From the NCBI GenBank assembly GCA_963972525.1, contig CAXAUZ010000016.1:18515-82514 (forward strand): a stretch of DNA of 64,000 bases. The letters run 5' to 3'. This stretch comes from an uncultured Acidimicrobiaceae bacterium. Lineage in GTDB: Bacteria > Actinomycetota > Acidimicrobiia > Acidimicrobiales > Salinilacustritrichaceae. This document shows positions 60,207 to 64,000 of the stretch, piece by piece. Under the pieces are notes generated by a model. It was given only the letters and a program-made list of their open reading frames with translations, made no database searches and was not told the DNA's origin. A program made the position numbers and the translations under genes. Position 1 is the first letter of the stretch, and every line of letters begins with the position of its first letter.

Positions 60207-61523
60207 TCAGCCCTCGTCGGCTGCCTCGAGCTCCATGGCCGCGTCGCGGAGCCGGTCGGTGGCGGCGCGCAGCGCGGCCTCGGCGTCGATGCCCTGGGCG
60301 CGGGCGTGGGCCACCAGGGACAGCAGGGCGGTGCCGAGCTCACCGTCGGGATCGGCCGGTGCGGGCACCGGCGCGCCGATGCGCTCGGCCTTGGACAGCA
60401 CCTTGTGGGCGTAGAGCAGCGACGGCAGCGCCTTCGGGATGCCGTCCATCACCGAACCCCGGCCCTTCTCCTCCCGCTTGATCTCCTCCCACGTCCGGGT
60501 GATCGAACCGTGGTCGTCGGCGGCGTCGCCGAACACGTGGGGGTGGCGTCGGTGGAGCTTGTCGTGGATGCCCCGGGCCACGTCGGCCAGGGTGAACGCC
60601 CCGGACTCGGCCGCGATGGTGGCGTGGAAGACGACCTGGAAGAGCAGGTCGCCCAGCTCCTCCTCGAGGTCCTCGACGCCGTCGCCCGACTCCGGGTCGT
60701 AGGCCGCGATGGCCTCCACGACCTCGTAGGTCTCCTCCACCACGTACCGGGTGAGGCTCGCATGGGTCTGTTCCCGATCCCACGGGCACTGCTCGCGCAG
60801 CGTGCGCACCAGCTCGGTGAAGCGCACGAGCTCGGCGGCGACCGGCGTGGCGACCGCCGGGATGAACACGGAGGTGAGGTGGTCGGCCTCGACGGCGCGG
60901 TCGAGGTCGGCCCAGGCCACCTCGACCACGTGCTGGTCGGGCAGGCCGAGGCGCTGCAGGACGACGGCGGACTCGGGCTCGTCGTCCTCGAAGGCCAGCT
61001 TCAGGTCCGAGAGCACGTGGTTGGCGTGGCAGTGGGCGACCAGGAGCGGGCCGGGCGCACCCGCAGCGTCGATCGCGAAGCGGTGGCCGTCGACGAGCCG
61101 GACGCCGGCCTCGACCGGGTCCACGCCGAGGTGGGCCCAGGCGAGGTCCAGGAAGGACATGCCCGGCACGAGCTCGACCTCGACGCGCTCGTCGCCGAGC
61201 AGTGCGGCGACCGCGCGCTCGAGGACGTGGGGTGAGCCGGGCACGGCGTAGGCGACCTCGCCGTGGCGGGCCGCTGCGGCGACGAGGTCCTCCACGATGG
61301 CGGCGTAGACGTCGTCGAAGGTGGCCGCCGACTCGTAGTGGTGGTCGAAGGACGGATCCGCCGACCACGGTCCGGCTGCCGGGTGGCGGTGGGTGCGGAG
61401 GAACCGGACGGGCGCGGCGGCGAGCCGGGCAGCGGCGCCGACGGTGGTGAGGTCGGGTCCGGCCGGGCCGAGGCCGACCACCGCGACGCGGGGCCGGGCC
61501 GACCGGGGGGCCGGGCCAGCCAC
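60207..61523 (-). CDS. mazG: YabN-type fusion: tetrapyrrole-methylase-like domain plus MazG nucleoside-triphosphate pyrophosphohydrolase
   Basis: N-terminus VAVVGLGPAGPDLTT...FLRTHRHP...YAVPGSPHVLE. C-terminus CPWDREQTH.SL..Y..EE.YEV.EAI...EELGDLLFQVVFH...RRHPHVF. Confidence 0.85.
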   Translation of the reverse strand: MAGPAPRSARPRVAVVGLGPAGPDLTTVGAAARLAAAPVRFLRTHRHPAAGPWSADPSFDHHYESAATFDDVYAAIVEDLVAAAARHGEVAYAVPGSPHVLERAVAALLGDERVEVELVPGMSFLDLAWAHLGVDPVEAGVRLVDGHRFAIDAAGAPGPLLVAHCHANHVLSDLKLAFEDDEPESAVVLQRLGLPDQHVVEVAWADLDRAVEADHLTSVFIPAVATPVAAELVRFTELVRTLREQCPWDREQTHASLTRYVVEETYEVVEAIAAYDPESGDGVEDLEEELGDLLFQVVFHATIAAESGAFTLADVARGIHDKLHRRHPHVFGDAADDHGSITRTWEEIKREEKGRGSVMDGIPKALPSLLYAHKVLSKAERIGAPVPAPADPDGELGTALLSLVAHARAQGIDAEAALRAATDRLRDAAMELEAADEG

Positions 61524-61526
61524 GGC

Positions 61527-62279
61527 TCAGGCTCCGGTGAGCGGGGCCGGGCGGGGGCCGACCGGGCCGACGACCTGGACGATGCCGCCCTGCAGCACCT
61601 CGGTGGTCCCGAACTTCGGGTTCACCGACACCTCGGGGGCCTCGACGCCGAGCTGGAGGGGGAACGGCAGCCGCTCCTGGAAGGCGAGGTCGGTGGCGAG
61701 GCGCCGACGGAAGTCGTCGGGGTACTCGCCGAAGATCCGCTGGCCGTCGGGGCCGGTGAACTGCTGGTCGAGCTGGGCGATGATGCCGTCGATCTCGCCG
61801 TCGTCCGGGTCGGCGAGCGCCTCGCCGCTGACGCCGGCGGCGGCCAGGTCGACCTCGTTGTCGGCGGCGAGGTCCCGGGCGTCGGCCAGCATGGTGCGGG
61901 CCTGCTCGGAAACGATGCGGTGGGAGAGCACGAAGGACACCAGCGCCGAGGCCCGGCGGCCCTCGCTGCCGATGTCGGGCACGCCGATGGCCTGGAGCAT
62001 GGCCGGGTTCGCCGCCCACTCCTCGACCTCGGCGGCGAGGTCGCTGCTCGACACGGTGGTGTCGCCCACCGTGGCTGCCGGCGTGCCCCCGATGGTGGGG
62101 CCACCGAGCTCGCCGTCACCGGCGCAGGCGCCGGCGACCAGGCTCAGCGCGAGCAGCGCCAGGGCGGGCAGGAGGCGGGGGCGGCGGGTGGTGCGCACGA
62201 TCGCCGATGCTAGGAGCCGCGCCCGGTGGAGCGTGAACCGCCGGTTCTGGCCTACATCGATGACCGCATGGCGGGACAT
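61527..62279 (-). CDS. Hypothetical secreted protein or lipoprotein
   Basis: Signal peptide RPRLLPALALLALSLVAGAC with a Cys-containing lipobox-like end. ATG at 62279 or GTG at 62198. Body not recognised. Confidence 0.55.
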   Translation of the reverse strand: MSRHAVIDVGQNRRFTLHRARLLASAIVRTTRRPRLLPALALLALSLVAGACAGDGELGGPTIGGTPAATVGDTTVSSSDLAAEVEEWAANPAMLQAIGVPDIGSEGRRASALVSFVLSHRIVSEQARTMLADARDLAADNEVDLAAAGVSGEALADPDDGEIDGIIAQLDQQFTGPDGQRIFGEYPDDFRRRLATDLAFQERLPFPLQLGVEAPEVSVNPKFGTTEVLQGGIVQVVGPVGPRPAPLTGA

Positions 62280-62300
62280 CCGTAGGCCAGAACGAGAGGG

Positions 62301-64000
62301 CTACTCGGGTGGGAGGAGGTGGCGCAGGAAGGTGACGAGGTCGGCGGTCGGGTCCGAGCCCTTGGCCATCGGGACCTCGAGCAGGCCGGTGTCGGGCTTG
62401 TGGATCGCCTTGGGGGCGATGCGCTTGAGGCGGGTCTGCTGGCTGGCCTTGAGCGGGACCGGGCTGAGGCGGGCCTTGTACGCCGGGCCCATGAACCCGT
62501 CGCCGGTGACGACGGTGACCTCGGTGACGCCCACCCGATGGCACTCGGCGCGCAGCCGGGCGACCGACAGCAGGGCCTTGGCCGGATCGGGGATGGGGCC
62601 GTAGCGGTCCTCCCACTCCCGGGCGATGTCGTCGACCTCGGCGTCGGTCGTGACCGCGGCGAGGCGCCGGTACGCCTCGAGGCGCAGCTCCTCGCGCTCG
62701 ACGTAGGCAGGTGGCAGGTGGGCGGGCTCGAGGGTCTCGATCTTGACCTCGGCCGGCTCGCGCACCGGCTCGCCCTTCAGCTCGGCGACCGCCTCGGTGA
62801 CCATCTGGCAGTAGAGGTCGTAGCCGACGGCGGCGATGTGACCGGACTGCCCGGTGCCGAGCAGGTTGCCCGCGCCGCGGATCTCGAGGTCGCGCATGGC
62901 GATCTTGAAGCCCGAGCCCAGCTCGGTGGACTCGCCGATGGTGCGGAGCCGCTCGTAGGCCTCCTCGGACAGCACCATGTCCTGGGGGTGGAAGAGGTAG
63001 GCGTAGGCCCGGCTGCCGGAGCGGCCGACGCGCCCTCGGATCTGGTGCAGCTGGCCGAGGCCGAGCAGGTCGGCCCGCTCGACCACGAGCGTGTTCACCG
63101 TCGGCATGTCGATGCCCGACTCGATGATCGTCGTGCAGACGAGGACGTCGAAGCGGCCCTCCCAGAAGTCGATGACCACCTGCTCGAGGGTGCCCTCGTC
63201 CATCTGGCCGTGCGCCACCGCGATGCGCGCCTCGGGCACGATCTCTCGCAGCTCCTCGGCCTTCTGATCGATGTCGCGCACCCGGTTGTGGACGTAGAAG
63301 ACCTGGCCCTCGCGGAGCAGCTCGCGGCGGATGGCCTCGGCGACGGCCCGCTCGTCGAACTCGCCGACGTAGGTGAGGATCGGCTGGCGGTCGGCCGGCG
63401 GGGTCTCGAGCAGGCTCATGTCGCGGATGCCGGTGAGGCTCATCTCGAGCGTGCGCGGGATGGGCGTGGCGGTGAGGGTGAGCACGTCGACGTCGTGCTT
63501 GAACTCCTTGATCCGCTCCTTGTGCTTCACGCCGAAGCGCTGCTCCTCGTCGACCACGAGGAGCCCGAGGTCGTGGAAGGAGACGTCCTTGTTCAGCAGG
63601 CGGTGCGTGCCGACCACGATGTCGACGGCCCCCGTGCGGCAGCCCTCCATGACCGCCTTGGCCTGGCCGGCGGTGAGGAACCGCGACAGCACCTCGACCC
63701 GCACCGGGTAGTCGGCGAAGCGCTCGGAGAAGGTCTGGAAGTGCTGCTGGGCGAGCAGCGTGGTGGGCACGAGCACGGCGACCTGCTTGCCGTCCTGGAC
63801 CGCCTTGAACACGGCCCGGAGGGCGACCTCGGTCTTGCCGAAGCCGACGTCGCCGACGACGAGGCGGTCCATCGGCGCCTCGATCTCCATGTCGCCCTTG
63901 ATCTCCTCGACGGCGCGGAGCTGGTCGGGCGTGGGCTCGTAGGGGAAGGCGTCCTCGAACTGCTGCTGCCAGGGGGTGTCCCCCGCGAACGCATGACCGC
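62301..64000 (-). CDS. mfd: Transcription-repair coupling factor, C-terminal part (gene continues beyond the window end)
   Basis: [50 protein letters not shown], helicase motifs and the TRG motif region. The frame stays open upstream of the ATG at 63890 to the window edge. Confidence 0.9.
   Translation of the reverse strand, partial: GHAFAGDTPWQQQFEDAFPYEPTPDQLRAVEEIKGDMEIEAPMDRLVVGDVGFGKTEVALRAVFKAVQDGKQVAVLVPTTLLAQQHFQTFSERFADYPVRVEVLSRFLTAGQAKAVMEGCRTGAVDIVVGTHRLLNKDVSFHDLGLLVVDEEQRFGVKHKERIKEFKHDVDVLTLTATPIPRTLEMSLTGIRDMSLLETPPADRQPILTYVGEFDERAVAEAIRRELLREGQVFYVHNRVRDIDQKAEELREIVPEARIAVAHGQMDEGTLEQVVIDFWEGRFDVLVCTTIIESGIDMPTVNTLVVERADLLGLGQLHQIRGRVGRSGSRAYAYLFHPQDMVLSEEAYERLRTIGESTELGSGFKIAMRDLEIRGAGNLLGTGQSGHIAAVGYDLYCQMVTEAVAELKGEPVREPAEVKIETLEPAHLPPAYVEREELRLEAYRRLAAVTTDAEVDDIAREWEDRYGPIPDPAKALLSVARLRAECHRVGVTEVTVVTGDGFMGPAYKARLSPVPLKASQQTRLKRIAPKAIHKPDTGLLEVPMAKGSDPTADLVTFLRHLLPPE

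Noticed and set aside
62301-63890. Treating the ORF-track entry 62301..63890 as a complete 529-aa gene.
   Set aside because: The frame stays open upstream to the window edge and encodes the conserved Mfd segment [20 protein letters not shown]. The gene is therefore truncated by the window.

Overview
This window is a very GC-rich chromosomal segment; third codon positions are almost always G/C. Gene content and synteny point to a high-GC Actinomycetota genome. Lipoprotein signals ending in CGDDDD suggest an Acidimicrobiia-like organism, but that is an inference. I support about 65 protein-coding genes, one tRNA-Ala(CGC), one TPP riboswitch, one Leu leader-peptide attenuator, one TetR-type palindromic operator, several strong hairpins and a few short repeats. 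Genes are tightly packed, and many junctions show ATGA/GTGA start-stop overlaps that imply translational coupling.

Main blocks, in order:
- leuA with its attenuator.
- A DrrAB-like exporter made of one ATPase and two ABC-2 permeases.
- An ABC-F ATPase.
- A riboswitch-led thiamine salvage operon (thiN-thiB-thiP-thiQ).
- A large nucleoside-salvage supercluster: BMP lipoprotein, ABC importer, cdd, deoA, add, deoC, upp, phosphomutase, punA and an adenosine-kinase-like gene.
- pepN and a metallophosphoesterase.
- A ferredoxin reductase/ferredoxin pair.
- A YcaQ/AlkZ-like glycosylase and map.
- thiD behind an MFS gene.
- purU, moaC and moaA.
- A form-II CoxSML-like molybdoenzyme.
- The conserved mfd-mazG-eno-ftsB neighbourhood.

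I see no CRISPR array, transposase, integrase, phage gene or recognisable defence system. I cannot point to a clear novel multi-gene system.

The best candidates for undescribed biology are:
- An 830-aa orphan protein on the opposite strand inside the mfd-mazG-eno-ftsB block.
- A membrane protein and translin-family pair joined at a CUGA junction, next to the tRNA.
- A zinc-ribbon/acidic-tail gene that splits the cox-like operon.
- A structured GC-rich element of about 40-60 nt present at two intergenic sites.
- A hemerythrin and orphan receiver pair.

The many long ORFs antisense to real genes in the ORF track are high-GC artefacts and were not called.
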